Source: a bacterium
GTDB lineage: Bacteria; SM23-31
Direction of reading: 5' to 3'
Assembly: GCA_965249485.1 (NCBI GenBank)
Contig: OZ252239.1
Coordinates: 832,001 to 896,000 of the forward strand
Length of the DNA stretch: 64,000 nt
Part shown: positions 51,227 through 62,079 of the stretch, in pieces
Layout of the letters: every line of letters begins with the position of its first letter
Position numbering within the stretch: position 1 is the stretch's first letter
Translations under genes and position numbers: made by a program
The notes under the pieces: model-generated
What the model was told of the DNA's origin: nothing
Databases searched by the model: none
Seen by the model: the letters and a program-made list of their open reading frames with translations, nothing else

Positions 51227-51574
51227 ATGGCTGATATAAAATGGTATTACCACCGCACCGGTTGAACATCCTGTAAACGGTCGCAGGGGTTCCTTGCGGA
51301 TAATGCTTTAGAATTTGAAACTCTCGAAAGCACATCAAAAAAGAAGTACACCTCGGACGATATACCTGGATTGCTCAACGGCATTGATGAGATCTATGTC
51401 GGGAAGGGGACAAAGGTTGTCCATTTCGATCTACGGAAAGATAAACCGACCGCTGACGAATTGAACAGTGTTCTTTTGGGACGGTCGGGTACACTCCGGG
51501 CACCATCGATGAAGGCAGAGAAAACGCTCATCGTCGGATTCAACGAGGAGATGTACCGAAACGTATTCGGGTAA
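51227..51574 (+). CDS. ArsC/Spx-like selenoprotein (UxxC, UGA at 51263-51265), 115 aa
   Basis: GGAGA RBS; MADIKWYYHRTG-U-TSCKRSQ in frame with ORF 51371..51574 (LGRSGTLRAP, LIVGFNEE). Confidence 0.9.
51266..51291 (+). promoter_or_regulatory. Candidate bacterial SECIS hairpin
   Basis: UCCUGU-AAACGGUC-GCAGGG stem-loop directly after the UGA, with GG in the loop. Confidence 0.55.
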
Positions 51575-51590
51575 AAAATGTTTGTTATTC

Positions 51591-51618
51591 AAAGGGTCTG
51601 CAAAGCAGGCCCTTTTTT
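51591..51618 (+). terminator. Intrinsic terminator
   Basis: AAAGGGTCTGC-aaa-GCAGGCCCTTT followed by further T's. Confidence 0.85.
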
Positions 51619-51756
51619 GCTGCAGCAGCCTCCATTTTTTCCAACACTGTCTTGACTTTGTAGAAGGTTTTACCTATTTTTTCTACTAGTATAACTCATT
51701 CTCAAAAACACTCTCAACAGATGTTTTATCCATTCACTAATCCGACTTTTTGACAG

Positions 51757-52650
51757 ATGGCAGACAGTATTCAGGATATTCTCGGCAAAAAATTCGAGGT
51801 TCTTAAAAACGGATTTGTGGTGCTTGTCGATGTAATGGGTGACGATTCCTCCATTGTACAGGCCGCACGTGTCAGTTACGGCAAAGGGACAAAAAAAGTG
51901 AGCCAGGACCGGGGGCTGATCAGGTATCTCATGCGTCACCGCCACACGACTCCGCTCGAAATGGTCGAATTCAAATTTCTCGTCAAGCTTCCGATCTTTG
52001 TCGCCCGACAGTGGATTCGCCATAGGACGGCAAACGTCAATGAATACTCTGCCCGCTATTCGGTTCTTGAAGATGAGTTTTATATTCCAGAGACCGGATT
52101 TCTTGCAGAACAATCGACCTCGAACAGACAGGGTAGAGAAGACGTGGTCCCGCTGGAAGAAGCCGAACAGATCCGCTCATCGATTATTGAGCACAGCGAA
52201 AAATCATATAGCCTCTATGAATACCTCTTGAATGAAGAGGGTGAAAACGAAGATACCAAGCGGAGCAAACTTGCACGTGAGCTTGCCCGGATTGTTATTC
52301 CTACCAATGTATATACCCAGTGGTACTGGAAAATAGACCTCCACAATTTCTTCCATTTTTTGTCCCTCAGAATGGACAGTCACGCCCAGTATGAAATACG
52401 CGAATATGCGAATGTCATGGCCGACATGGTCAAGGCGGCCGTTCCCGTCGCGTATGAAGCCTTCGAAGATTACATGCTGAACGCAATGCGTTTAACAGGT
52501 TTAGAAATAGATATTCTCGGCCCGATTTTGCAGAAAGCTGGGATCACCGAACAGCAGCTTGAAGATGCTTGTGAAGCTGCCGGATTATCAAACAAACGGG
52601 AAAAACAGGAGTTTTTCGACAAGATGAAACGGATCTCAAACAGCAAATAG
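51757..52650 (+). CDS. thyX: FAD-dependent thymidylate synthase
   Basis: AARVSY, HTTPLE, RQWIRHR..NEYSARY, HAQYEIR. Confidence 0.96.
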   Translation: MADSIQDILGKKFEVLKNGFVVLVDVMGDDSSIVQAARVSYGKGTKKVSQDRGLIRYLMRHRHTTPLEMVEFKFLVKLPIFVARQWIRHRTANVNEYSARYSVLEDEFYIPETGFLAEQSTSNRQGREDVVPLEEAEQIRSSIIEHSEKSYSLYEYLLNEEGENEDTKRSKLARELARIVIPTNVYTQWYWKIDLHNFFHFLSLRMDSHAQYEIREYANVMADMVKAAVPVAYEAFEDYMLNAMRLTGLEIDILGPILQKAGITEQQLEDACEAAGLSNKREKQEFFDKMKRISNSK

Positions 52651-52874
52651 TTATTGCTATAATCCTGTTCGTTTGATTGTGTTACGGATCGAACTGTTGC
52701 AAAAATCGGCACTACATAAAATCAATATAAATCTTCCATATAGATAAAAATCTTTTCGACCGGAGGGCTGATTTATAATCGGCTCGAAGCGGGGAAATCT
52801 CTGACCTTGTTATATTAACATTATATGTTTTTAATACACACTGACCTCCACAAAAAAGAATAAGGAGGACTACC

Positions 52875-53879
52875 ATGAGTACTATCCTGAATCGGCGGAC
52901 ATTCATGAAAAGCTCACTTGCTGGAATGGCCGCACTACCCGCACTGAATACCAACTTGTCTATCCCCAGCCGTTCAACAGACACGACAAAAATAGCACTT
53001 ATCAAAACCAGTGACCGGAATAAAGGTGTCACACAGGCGATGAAACTACTCGATCTGACCGGTGTGAACGGGAAACGGGTCATGCTGAAACCGAATTTTA
53101 ATTCGGCCGATACTGCACCGGGTTCAACCCACAATGATACCTTGTCCCGACTCGTCTACGAACTGCATGAGCGGGGTGCACGGAGAATAACACTCGGAGA
53201 ATCGAGCGGACCGACCAATACAAAACGCGTTATGGAGAACAAAGGAATTTTTGACATGGCTGACGAGCTCGATTTTGGTATTGTCAACTATGATGATATT
53301 TCTGATAAAGAGTGGATCAATTATCCGGAAGAGGGTACACACTGGCCGGGTGGATATTACCTGCCGGAGCATGTTGTCAAAGCAGAATATAACGTTTCGA
53401 CGTGCTGTCTGTAAACACACCAGTATGGCGGTGTGTTTACAATGTCACTCAATTTGTCGGTTGGTCTTACACCGAAATCGATTCGCAGTAGCGACCCGAG
53501 ACGGACAATGCACCGGTCATCTGATATGAGGCGTATGATTGCCGAACTGAATAGCGGCTACAGACCACAGTTAATAGTGCTTGACGGAATCGATGCGTTT
53601 GTCGATGGCGGACCCTCTGAAGGAGAATTGAAAAAAGCCAATGTCATGATTGCCGGTCACGACCGTATCGCGGTTGATGCAGTCGGTATTGCCGTTCTGA
53701 AGGAACTCGGCTCGAATAAAGCTATAATGAACACGAAGATTTTCGAGCAGGAGCAGATTGCCCGCTCTGTCGAGCTCGGTCTTGGTGTAACCGGTCCAGG
53801 ACAGATTGAAATAGTAACGCCCGACGATGAGAGCCGGGCGTATGCAAATGTGTTGAAACCTATACTTGCGCAGGGATAA
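52875..53879 (+). pseudogene. Tat-exported DUF362 Fe-S protein interrupted by in-frame TAA at 53412-53414
   Basis: NRRTFMK, LKPNFN, CCL*THQYGG (LKTH expected), DRIAVDA; both halves in the same frame. Confidence 0.8.
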
Positions 53880-53907
53880 GTGTGGAATTTGCCCTGAAAC
53901 GGGATAC

Positions 53908-54576
53908 CTAATCTTGCATTTGAAGGGCCGCTTTTTTCAGTTTTTCGTTGGCGTAGACAGCAATCTCAACCCGCCGGTTGAGCTGCCGGCCTGCATTGGT
54001 TTCATTCGTTGCTACCGGAATATCGGGACCGTGTCCGACAACATTAATACGCTGAATTTCAACACCATGGGTAACTGAATAATTAGCGACTGATTCTGCA
54101 CGTTTCTCGGACAGGTCCATATTGAAATCGTATGAACCTGTTGCATCCGTATGACCTTCGATCTGGATATTTGTATCGGGGTATTTTAAGAGAATTCCAG
54201 ACAGTTTTTCAACGTTTTTCTTCGCCTCGAATTGTAGTTCCGAACTGCTCACCTCGAAAAGAATTCCGGAATCGAACGTGATTTTGATCCCTTCGCCGAT
54301 CCGCTCAACCTGTGCGCCTTCGAGATCACGCTGCATCTCTTCAGCCTGCTTATCCATCTGTCTGCCGATATAGGCGCCCGCTGCACCGCCGATTGCTGCA
54401 CCGAGAAGTACTCCTACTGCTGTATTGTCGTTATTTTCTCCGATAATTCCACCGATAATTGCGCCTGCGCTCGCCCCGATTGTCGCCCCTCTTGTCTGGT
54501 TGCTCGCCGAACAACCTCCAAGCAATGACCCGATGAGTAGGAATGTAATTGTATAGTAAAAAATTCGCCTGTCCAT
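53908..54576 (-). CDS. OmpA-family lipoprotein with glycine zipper
   Basis: LGGC lipobox, GxxxG zipper, IEGHTD, LSEKRA, NRRVEI. Confidence 0.92.
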   Translation of the reverse strand: MDRRIFYYTITFLLIGSLLGGCSASNQTRGATIGASAGAIIGGIIGENNDNTAVGVLLGAAIGGAAGAYIGRQMDKQAEEMQRDLEGAQVERIGEGIKITFDSGILFEVSSSELQFEAKKNVEKLSGILLKYPDTNIQIEGHTDATGSYDFNMDLSEKRAESVANYSVTHGVEIQRINVVGHGPDIPVATNETNAGRQLNRRVEIAVYANEKLKKAALQMQD

Positions 54577-54759
54577 CCGTACCTCCGTTATGTGGTTGTG
54601 CTACGGGAAATATACAAAAAAAGTTCAATGCCGGAAAGTAAAATACTATGCAGAGCGCAATAAAAATTGACATTGCCCCCGTACTGCATTATATTTTCAT
54701 ACAACCGAAATGGCTTGTCTGTTCCATATGAATTAAATTATTCTGAAATAAGATGTACT

Positions 54760-55233
54760 ATGAGCGAACAGGTAAAAAAAGAAGCGATGGCTGAAAGGCC
54801 AGACAGTAATAAAGATTATTACTACCGGCTGCGGAAAAAAATCGAATCCTGGCTGACGGACAAGGGGACAACAAAAAAAGCCGCCGAAGTGATCATGCTT
54901 GCGCCTGATATGTTCTATCTGCTCTGGAAACTGTCCATCGATAACGAAGTTTCTTTCAAATCACGGGGAATCCTTGCCGCTGCAGTAATCTATTTTATTT
55001 CGCCACTCGATCTTATGCCCGAACTGATATTCGGACCGATGGGATTCCTTGATGATATCGCACTTGGCGCCTATGTCCTGAACCTGATCATCAATGATAC
55101 TCCGCCGCAGACAATCAAGAAATACTGGGTGGGAGAGAATGATCTCCTCATGGTTGTCAAAAGCATCCTCCTCAACGCCGACCGCCTCCTTGGTAAAGGT
55201 CTCTGGAACCGTCTGAAACGGCGGTTGAAGTAA
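54760..55233 (+). CDS. YkvA/DUF1232 family protein
   Basis: YFISPLDLMPE..GPMGFLDD; the ORF-track TTG start coincides with a TTGACA -35 box, so ATG 54760 is preferred. Confidence 0.85.
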   Translation: MSEQVKKEAMAERPDSNKDYYYRLRKKIESWLTDKGTTKKAAEVIMLAPDMFYLLWKLSIDNEVSFKSRGILAAAVIYFISPLDLMPELIFGPMGFLDDIALGAYVLNLIINDTPPQTIKKYWVGENDLLMVVKSILLNADRLLGKGLWNRLKRRLK

Positions 55234-55255
55234 ATCTACAAGACGGTTTCTAATA

Positions 55256-55474
55256 TTACTTACTCATCAATCTATCCACACTCAACCTATCTTTCTCTCC
55301 CGGCATAATTAGAACAATTGTAAGCAACACTAGAAGTGGGAAGATGTCGTCTGACATGTAAAAGAACGACTCCTTGAGGAGGTGGTGGTAGGTCACGATG
55401 ACTAATATTGAGCTAAGAATCGCACAGCTTTTCTTCACTCTAAATCCAAGCGTCCAGAGAAGCCATACTGGCAT
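55256..55474 (-). pseudogene. Truncated, internally deleted DoxX-like gene fragment
   Basis: Matches the 3' half of 59443..59868 (MPVWLLW...LGFRVKKS...KD.LSVD) but lacks about 17 codons and the 5' half. Confidence 0.75.
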
Positions 55475-55604
55475 CTGGTATCAGGAATTCGGTAATCTTG
55501 CAACAGCTTGCGTGTGCGGTTCAATGGCAGAATTCAGCTTTTCAAGCTGAGAACGTGGATCGATTGCCATCACCCGCTCCAGATTTTAAAGAGTCGGTGT
55601 TTCC

Positions 55605-57311
55605 CTAAAGATCTTCTGTCACCATAGTGATGTCATCACTATTCCCGGTCATTTCCCATCTTATGAGTGACATCGGGATGATACCGGCCGACAGAAATTC
55701 ATCGATAAAGTCCTTGAGCACGAATTTCTCATCCAACTCCTGCGCGCGTTCTCTGAACAGCTTCATAAAATAGGCTTTACCTGTGACAACATTACTATGA
55801 AAGCCTCCGGGGCTGCGAATGTTTGATTGCATTTCAAACCAGACCATACGTTCCTCTTCCTGCGACCAGCCGCGCGGCATAATCTCTGCGCAGAGACGCC
55901 GTGCTTCAGCCAAATTGATTTCATTGGCATGCATTTTCATGTCCGGTATTGAAAGGCTCATATGTGAAGCGTTCATCAGGTATTCCATTTCTCTGCCTTT
56001 GCGTGGCCGTTCGTCAAGTACACCGGCTTGCATTAACAATTCCTCGAGTGCTACAGCCCATCCTTCCGTCCGCATCGAACCCATGTTGAAATGCCGTCGT
56101 GCTGCACGGATTGGGCTTAGTTTAATACGACTCTGTCTTTGTCCATCAAGCATATGACCAATGTACTCATGGGTTTCGCCCGGCAATAATTCACGCTGGC
56201 GGTATTTCGTGTCGACACTGGAGTTTTCGGGCAGGTATCGTTCACTGGGTTGGTCACTAAGCTCAGAGAGGTTTTCCGCACCACGACGGCCACGTTGGTA
56301 ATAGTCTGCAGGGTCCACCCAGTCATCAATGGTCATGATGTCATCTCTCAGAAAGTCAACAACATAATGGAGCGCTTGACGCAGGTTCATTTGCCATGCC
56401 CTATCTGACATTGCTACCTTGAGTGGTGGTAATTTACGGTTTCTGTGCTCTTCCAGCTTCAGAAAAGTAATGACGCGATCATATTCTCTCTGGATAATTG
56501 CATTGCATTCTTCCCAACCCCAGGGAGACAGTTGCACATTTCTCATCCACCAGCTGTAATTATCCTTGCCCATCCCGGCCGGTTCCGTCATACTATCTCT
56601 GTTTTCTGCCAACCATTTAGTATAGTCTCTTACTGCATTCCCGGCACTTTTTGCATCGGCAGCCAGGTCTGGATGATGCTCCTGCAACCGTTCGGCAAAA
56701 CCATCATACGATTCGGCTTCATTCCCAATATTCCGTATCGCAAAGTCGGCAAAGTCACCTGATGCTTCAATCAGGTTGCTTTTCGCCTGTTCATAAAGTT
56801 CCGGAATGGCTGTTAGGGTTGCCCGGACCTGTGCTTGCTGTTCCTCTGACAAAGAAGATTCCATGTCACGAAGTCCAAAAAGAGGAGCGAAGAAGCCTGG
56901 CGTGTTCATGGAAGCCCCCGCATCTCCCCCCCTCATCGAGTAGAATCCGGGGTCACGCGCCCACGGCTTGTACACTTTGTGATGGAATTCCAGGGCGTTC
57001 ATTTCCGCACGCACCAGATGATAATCCACTTTTTGAGAAACCGGCCACTCATCACTGTTTATCGCAGCCAACCGATTTTGAAACTGTTGCAATCCACGGT
57101 ATTTTTTTTCAATAGCGGCAGGTGTGTAATCGGGTACGCCGTTAGTGATTTCTGCTTCCTGAAACTCGCGGAACTCATTAAACAAACTGACAAGATCATC
57201 ATAATTACTGGTCGTGACTACATCAATCCCGCCACTTTCGGCAGAGCAATAAAACATTGTCAGAACGGCCAAAAAGATAGGAACGACGAAAAAATACTTA
57301 GGCTTAAACAT
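55605..57311 (-). CDS. DUF885-family exported protein
   Basis: Signal/lipoprotein-like leader; PWARDPGFY, TEGWA..LEE, GIIPMSLIRWEM; GGAGG RBS. Confidence 0.8.
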   Translation of the reverse strand: MFKPKYFFVVPIFLAVLTMFYCSAESGGIDVVTTSNYDDLVSLFNEFREFQEAEITNGVPDYTPAAIEKKYRGLQQFQNRLAAINSDEWPVSQKVDYHLVRAEMNALEFHHKVYKPWARDPGFYSMRGGDAGASMNTPGFFAPLFGLRDMESSLSEEQQAQVRATLTAIPELYEQAKSNLIEASGDFADFAIRNIGNEAESYDGFAERLQEHHPDLAADAKSAGNAVRDYTKWLAENRDSMTEPAGMGKDNYSWWMRNVQLSPWGWEECNAIIQREYDRVITFLKLEEHRNRKLPPLKVAMSDRAWQMNLRQALHYVVDFLRDDIMTIDDWVDPADYYQRGRRGAENLSELSDQPSERYLPENSSVDTKYRQRELLPGETHEYIGHMLDGQRQSRIKLSPIRAARRHFNMGSMRTEGWAVALEELLMQAGVLDERPRKGREMEYLMNASHMSLSIPDMKMHANEINLAEARRLCAEIMPRGWSQEEERMVWFEMQSNIRSPGGFHSNVVTGKAYFMKLFRERAQELDEKFVLKDFIDEFLSAGIIPMSLIRWEMTGNSDDITMVTEDL

Positions 57312-57472
57312 GAATTAAACCTCCTCCATTAGATTAATTATGAAAAGAATAGGTTGGATAATTTTCATAGAATGCCTTACCTGAATCGGTGTAAATGTGT
57401 GTAATTAGAGCGGCAAAACCTCAGTAACGTGCCGATTAATAATACCTGAGTCTCCTTTGTGTATTATATATT

Positions 57473-57514
57473 ATATCCCCATATCAATATTTTGAAAGAG
57501 ATCAATGGGGATAT
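57473..57514. repeat. Intergenic repeat copy 3 / hairpin downstream of ggt-like gene
   Basis: ATATCCCCAT...ATGGGGATAT stem containing TCCCCATATCAAT and a TTGAA loop segment as in copy 1. Confidence 0.6.
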
Positions 57515-57529
57515 TGTTAATTTTCAGTA

Positions 57530-59262
57530 CTAATACCCTTCAGCGTATCCCAACCTGCGGGGATCGGAAACGCCATGCAGTTTTCCAGTTTCTTCATCCC
57601 GCCATACAACCTGAAATGATCCGGTATGCCAGTTATAATCGGTCATATCCTGTATATTAAAACCCCGTTTTTTCAAATCTTTTCTGACCTGATCGGATAT
57701 CCGGGATTCCGTGCGAATTGTCCGGTAATCTTCGCCTTGCGGTCTGAACCGTGGCGCTGCTACAGCATCTCTAGGATACATACCATACTCAAAAATATTC
57801 AATAATACTTCTGTTACATTCTGCGGCGGTGATCCGGGAGTTCCCAGCGCCATAAAAGGTTTACCTCTTTTGCGATCATCATACTGGTGATTGGATGTAT
57901 GACTCTTCTGCCAGGTCCTGCGACATCTCCTGGAAAACCACTGCCGTTTGCTTCAACACCGTCGATAAACACGCCGGCTGTTCCGCCATGTCCCGTATGT
58001 AAACTGGATATCCAATTTCCATCGGAATCCACAATGGTGTTATGATTGCTGCCAGTATAACGGTCGTTATAGCTCTGGAGACTATTTGCACCAAGTAGCG
58101 TTTTTTTTTGTGCATCTACTGAAGCAGAAAGATCGATATTCGGCCGCAATGCAGAATTTCTAATATATTCAGCACCCATTTTACCATACTCTTTCGAAAG
58201 AAGCAGGTCGGATGGAGAATAATAATTCGCCGGATCACGCAGCGGCCGCACTTCGGAATGGACCCGCCCCGACGTTCTAAAAATGAGCTCCATCGCCTCT
58301 GCCGATTCGGTATAATGGCCTATTTCACTTAAATTAAAATTTTCCAGAATGTTCAAATTATATCCGACAATGAGCCCGCCATCACTCGGTGACGGTTCGG
58401 AAATAATTTCATAGCCGTTAAATGTTGTTCTGAGTGGCTCCTGCCATCGAATTTTGTATTCGGCCATATCTTCCATCGATACACGCCCGCCGAGCTCATT
58501 CGACTTCACAACAAACTTTCGTCCCCATTCGCCGGTATACATATAATCAGGACCTTCGATAGCAAGTCTCTTGAGATGTTCGGCAAGTGCAGGCATTTTC
58601 CATCGCTGACCCACCGGCACCAGGAAACCGTTCGGCATATAAAATTTCCGTGCTTCTTCGTTATTGATCAGATCACGGACACCTCCCGGCCAGCGGTCAT
58701 CGAGCGTTTCCCATGCCGCATAAATTATCCCATACATATATGATGTAACAACAACACCTTCTTCCGCAGCTTTAATTGCCGGCTGCAGGTAATAGCTCCA
58801 CTCTCTTGTCCCATATCGTTTCCAAAGATCGCCCAGCGCCTTAACTGTTCCACCGATAGCAACCATATTGGGATCGCCTTTTTCGCTTCTTGAAGCAAGC
58901 GGGCGCTCACTGACCCCATCAAAATAGCGAAATTTTTCGGTTTCAGCTTCATAGATAATTCCGGCTATCATACCCCGTGGTGAGATCATATGAGGTTCGG
59001 TCACTTGCTGGTGAAAAGCCGCTGTTATATACGCATCAAAAGCATTTCCACCATCTTTCAAAACATCCAGTGCAACCTGTGTTGTTGCGTACGTTTGTGT
59101 AGCCACCATTGCATTATCTGCCGATGATTCAATTTTCGGTCCCTGATTTATTAAAGGATCGGAAATATCTGTAAGCTGTTGATCCTGTGCTTTCACACCC
59201 GCATTTATCAATAAAACAAACACAAGTGTAACCAAGGTTAGATGCCTGTTAAATACCATCAT
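57530..59262 (-). CDS. ggt: Exported gamma-glutamyltransferase-family protein; one-base frameshift near 57864
   Basis: GGNAFDA, EPH, IKAAEEG, IVDSDGN, PGRR, ALGTPG, SDPRR; adding one G gives AKEGKPFMALG and joins both ORFs. Confidence 0.82.
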
Positions 59263-59442
59263 ACTATTTCTCCTTAGATATTAATGTATTTTTGTTTAAG
59301 AAGATTTTTCAAATCTGTGGGCTGAAATTTAATTAGAAATTGAGAAACGCACTATTTGAGAATCAGTCTAATATAACACCTACTATTCCCTCTGTCAATT
59401 CAATAAAGTTGAGTACGGATAATATATTAATGGTGATGGAAA

Positions 59443-59868
59443 TCAACCTATCATCTTGTCAACACTCAGCAGATCTTTTACTCCCGGCACCATAAAAACA
59501 AATACAACCAGCACAAGAAGTAGAAAGATGTCGCCTGACATATCGAAGAACATTTCTTTGAAGAGGTGGCAGTAGGTCACAATGACTATTATCGATCCAA
59601 GAACTGTGCTGCTTTTTTTCACTCTGAATCCAAGACATACTAGTCCACACTCGAGAAATTCGAGGTAAGGTACCAGAAATCCAGGCATCCAGAGAAGCCA
59701 TACTGGCATCCAGTTACTCTGATATTCACCGACAAAATTATCTCCGGCAAATGCAACCTCGCCGATTGATAACGACTTGAAAAATGCCGGTATCAGAAAG
59801 ATTGATCCCAAAATCCAGCGAACAAAAGACAGTGCCAATGCGCTTCCGTCTATTGTTGATTTTCTCAT
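59443..59868 (-). CDS. DoxX/MauE-like membrane protein
   Basis: RWILGSIF..FFK, PYLEF..G, LSVD end; AAGGA RBS before ATG 59868. Confidence 0.7.
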   Translation of the reverse strand: MRKSTIDGSALALSFVRWILGSIFLIPAFFKSLSIGEVAFAGDNFVGEYQSNWMPVWLLWMPGFLVPYLEFLECGLVCLGFRVKKSSTVLGSIIVIVTYCHLFKEMFFDMSGDIFLLLVLVVFVFMVPGVKDLLSVDKMIG

Positions 59869-60077
59869 AATTTTTCCTTGTGTAGTGTCTATTAAATTAA
59901 ACCGTGCTAAACTATTAGATGAATGTAGTATGGTAATGAACTTTCTTAAAATACGCTTTTTGCACACGCTGTTCCCCAATGACTCCACCAATTCTTTTGA
60001 CATTGTCACTGCTCTGTTCTATATTGCCACTTTTTACAATGATAGAATCGTTTAATAAACATATAATGGATTGAATA

Positions 60078-62060
60078 ATGAAAAGTCTATGGAACGAACA
60101 GGTAGCTAAAAACTATGTACACGACCCGCTGCAGATGCGTGTTTACTCGTCGCGGCTTATTGGGCAGGACGAATCACTCGTACTCCACGGCGGTGGAAAC
60201 ACCTCAGTAAAAGCGTTGGTTACCGATATTTTTGATGAAACATTTGAGGTGCTGTATGTCAAAGGAAGCGGCTGGGATCTCGCAACCATCGAAGCGGAAG
60301 GATTTGCTCCGGTCAGGCTCGAAACGCTCAAGAAAATGGCTGAGTTCAAATCGCTCAGCGATACTGATATGGTTCTTGCTCAACGGGCTGCAATGACCGA
60401 CCCGCAGGCGCCCAATCCCTCTGTCGAAGCGATTTTGCATGCCAACATCCCCTACACCTTTGTCGACCACACCCACGCTGATGCCGTTGTCGCGGTCACC
60501 AACACCGACAATGGTGAAGAAAGAATACGCGAAATCTACGGCAATAGAGTGCTTGTCATTCCGTATGTTATGCCCGGATTTGAACTCGCGCGCTATATCT
60601 ACGAAAAAACACGGGACACTGACTGGAACACCATCGACGGGATGGTGCTGCTGCATCACGGGATATTCACCTTTCATGACGATGCACAAGCAAGTTATGA
60701 GATGATGATTGAACTCGTATCGCTCGCGGAAGATTATCTTTCACAAAAAGGCGCTAATCAGCCTGTAAAAGAAACTACTGAGAGTGTACCTGATATTCCT
60801 TTAAACACAATTGCTCATCTCCGGAAGGAATTGTCAAAATCCGCCGGATTTCCTATGATTGTGCAGCTCAATACCGGCGAAATGGATCGTGGTTTTGCAA
60901 GCCGGCCCGATGCAGGCGACATTGCAGTGAGAGGTCCGCTTACACCCGATCATGTTATCAGGACCAAGCGGATCCCATTAGTGCTCACGAACGACATTAC
61001 TGAAAACGTTACTCACTATAAAGAGGAATATGAGGCCTATTTCAAGAGACATTCCAGCAGTGAGCTGACAATGGTCGACCCGGCGCCGCGCTGGATCGTC
61101 TGGCCGAAGATAGGTACTGCATCTGCTGGCAAAAACCTGAAAGCGATTCGGATCACGAACGATATTGTGCGCCACACCATAACTGCTATTCAGTGGTGTG
61201 AAGCTCTTGGTGGTTGGAAGGCACTGCCGGAGAAAGACATATGCGATATCGAGTATTGGGAGCTTGAGCAGGCGAAATTAAAGAAAAACGGCGGAAAATC
61301 CTTGCAGTTTGAGGGTAAGATTGCCCTCGTAACCGGAGCAGCAAGTGGGATCGGGAAAGCGTGTGTCGAGGCACTACTTACTGAAGGTGCCGTTGTTGCC
61401 GCTCTCGATATCAATCCCGATTTAAAGAAAGTCTTTTCTGACAGCCGGATTCTTCCGGTTGTCTGTGATGTGACCGATGAAGACAGCATAGGACATGCCC
61501 TCAGGCAGACCGTTCTCCGCTTTGGCGGGCTCGATATTCTCATCAGCAATGCCGGTGTTTTTACAAAGAGCAGTGGTCTTGACGAAATGGAACCGGACAT
61601 CTGGGAAAAAAGCCTTGCTCTCAACCTTACTTCGCATCAGCGGCTTCTAAAAGCGGCGATTCCCTTTCTGAAGCACGGAATCGATCCTGCTGTTGTGTAT
61701 ATCGGCTCCAAGAATGTTCCAGCGCCGGGACCCGGTGCAGGTGCCTATTCGGTTGCAAAGGCCGGCCTGACACAGCTCAGCCGGGTGGCCGCGCTTGAAT
61801 TGGGACAATTCGGAATACGTGTCAATGTTATCCATCCGAATATGGTATTCGATACTGCTATCTGGACTGATGAGGTATTACAGGAGCGGGCTGCACAGTA
61901 CAACATGAGTGTCGAGGAGTACAAAACGAATAACCTGTTGAAAACCGAAGTCACATCTTGGAATGTTGCTGAACTTGCTGTATCGATGGCAGGCACAGCA
62001 TTTGCCAAATCTACAGGCACACAGGTCTCCGTTGATGGGGGAAATGAACGCGTCGTTTGA
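60078..62060 (+). CDS. Bifunctional class II aldolase / short-chain dehydrogenase (rhamnulose-1-P aldolase/dehydrogenase-like)
   Basis: GGGNTS, PSVE..LH, HTHAD, TPDH; TGAASGIG, NAG, YSVAK. Confidence 0.92.
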   Translation: MKSLWNEQVAKNYVHDPLQMRVYSSRLIGQDESLVLHGGGNTSVKALVTDIFDETFEVLYVKGSGWDLATIEAEGFAPVRLETLKKMAEFKSLSDTDMVLAQRAAMTDPQAPNPSVEAILHANIPYTFVDHTHADAVVAVTNTDNGEERIREIYGNRVLVIPYVMPGFELARYIYEKTRDTDWNTIDGMVLLHHGIFTFHDDAQASYEMMIELVSLAEDYLSQKGANQPVKETTESVPDIPLNTIAHLRKELSKSAGFPMIVQLNTGEMDRGFASRPDAGDIAVRGPLTPDHVIRTKRIPLVLTNDITENVTHYKEEYEAYFKRHSSSELTMVDPAPRWIVWPKIGTASAGKNLKAIRITNDIVRHTITAIQWCEALGGWKALPEKDICDIEYWELEQAKLKKNGGKSLQFEGKIALVTGAASGIGKACVEALLTEGAVVAALDINPDLKKVFSDSRILPVVCDVTDEDSIGHALRQTVLRFGGLDILISNAGVFTKSSGLDEMEPDIWEKSLALNLTSHQRLLKAAIPFLKHGIDPAVVYIGSKNVPAPGPGAGAYSVAKAGLTQLSRVAALELGQFGIRVNVIHPNMVFDTAIWTDEVLQERAAQYNMSVEEYKTNNLLKTEVTSWNVAELAVSMAGTAFAKSTGTQVSVDGGNERVV

Positions 62061-62079
62061 GCAATAATACGGCTAGTTT

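Noticed and set aside
53412..53414. In-frame stop in DUF362 gene as recoding
   Set aside because: It is TAA at an expected Lys (LKTH); a single AAA to TAA change explains it.
57361..57460. Possible glycine riboswitch upstream of the DUF885 gene (GGAGA..CTCAGG)
   Set aside because: Conserved core elements (CCGAAG, paired stems) are not present in the right order.
10754..57514. CRISPR array or IS ends from the repeated hairpin element
   Set aside because: Copies are dispersed, with no regular spacers and no cas or transposase gene in the window.
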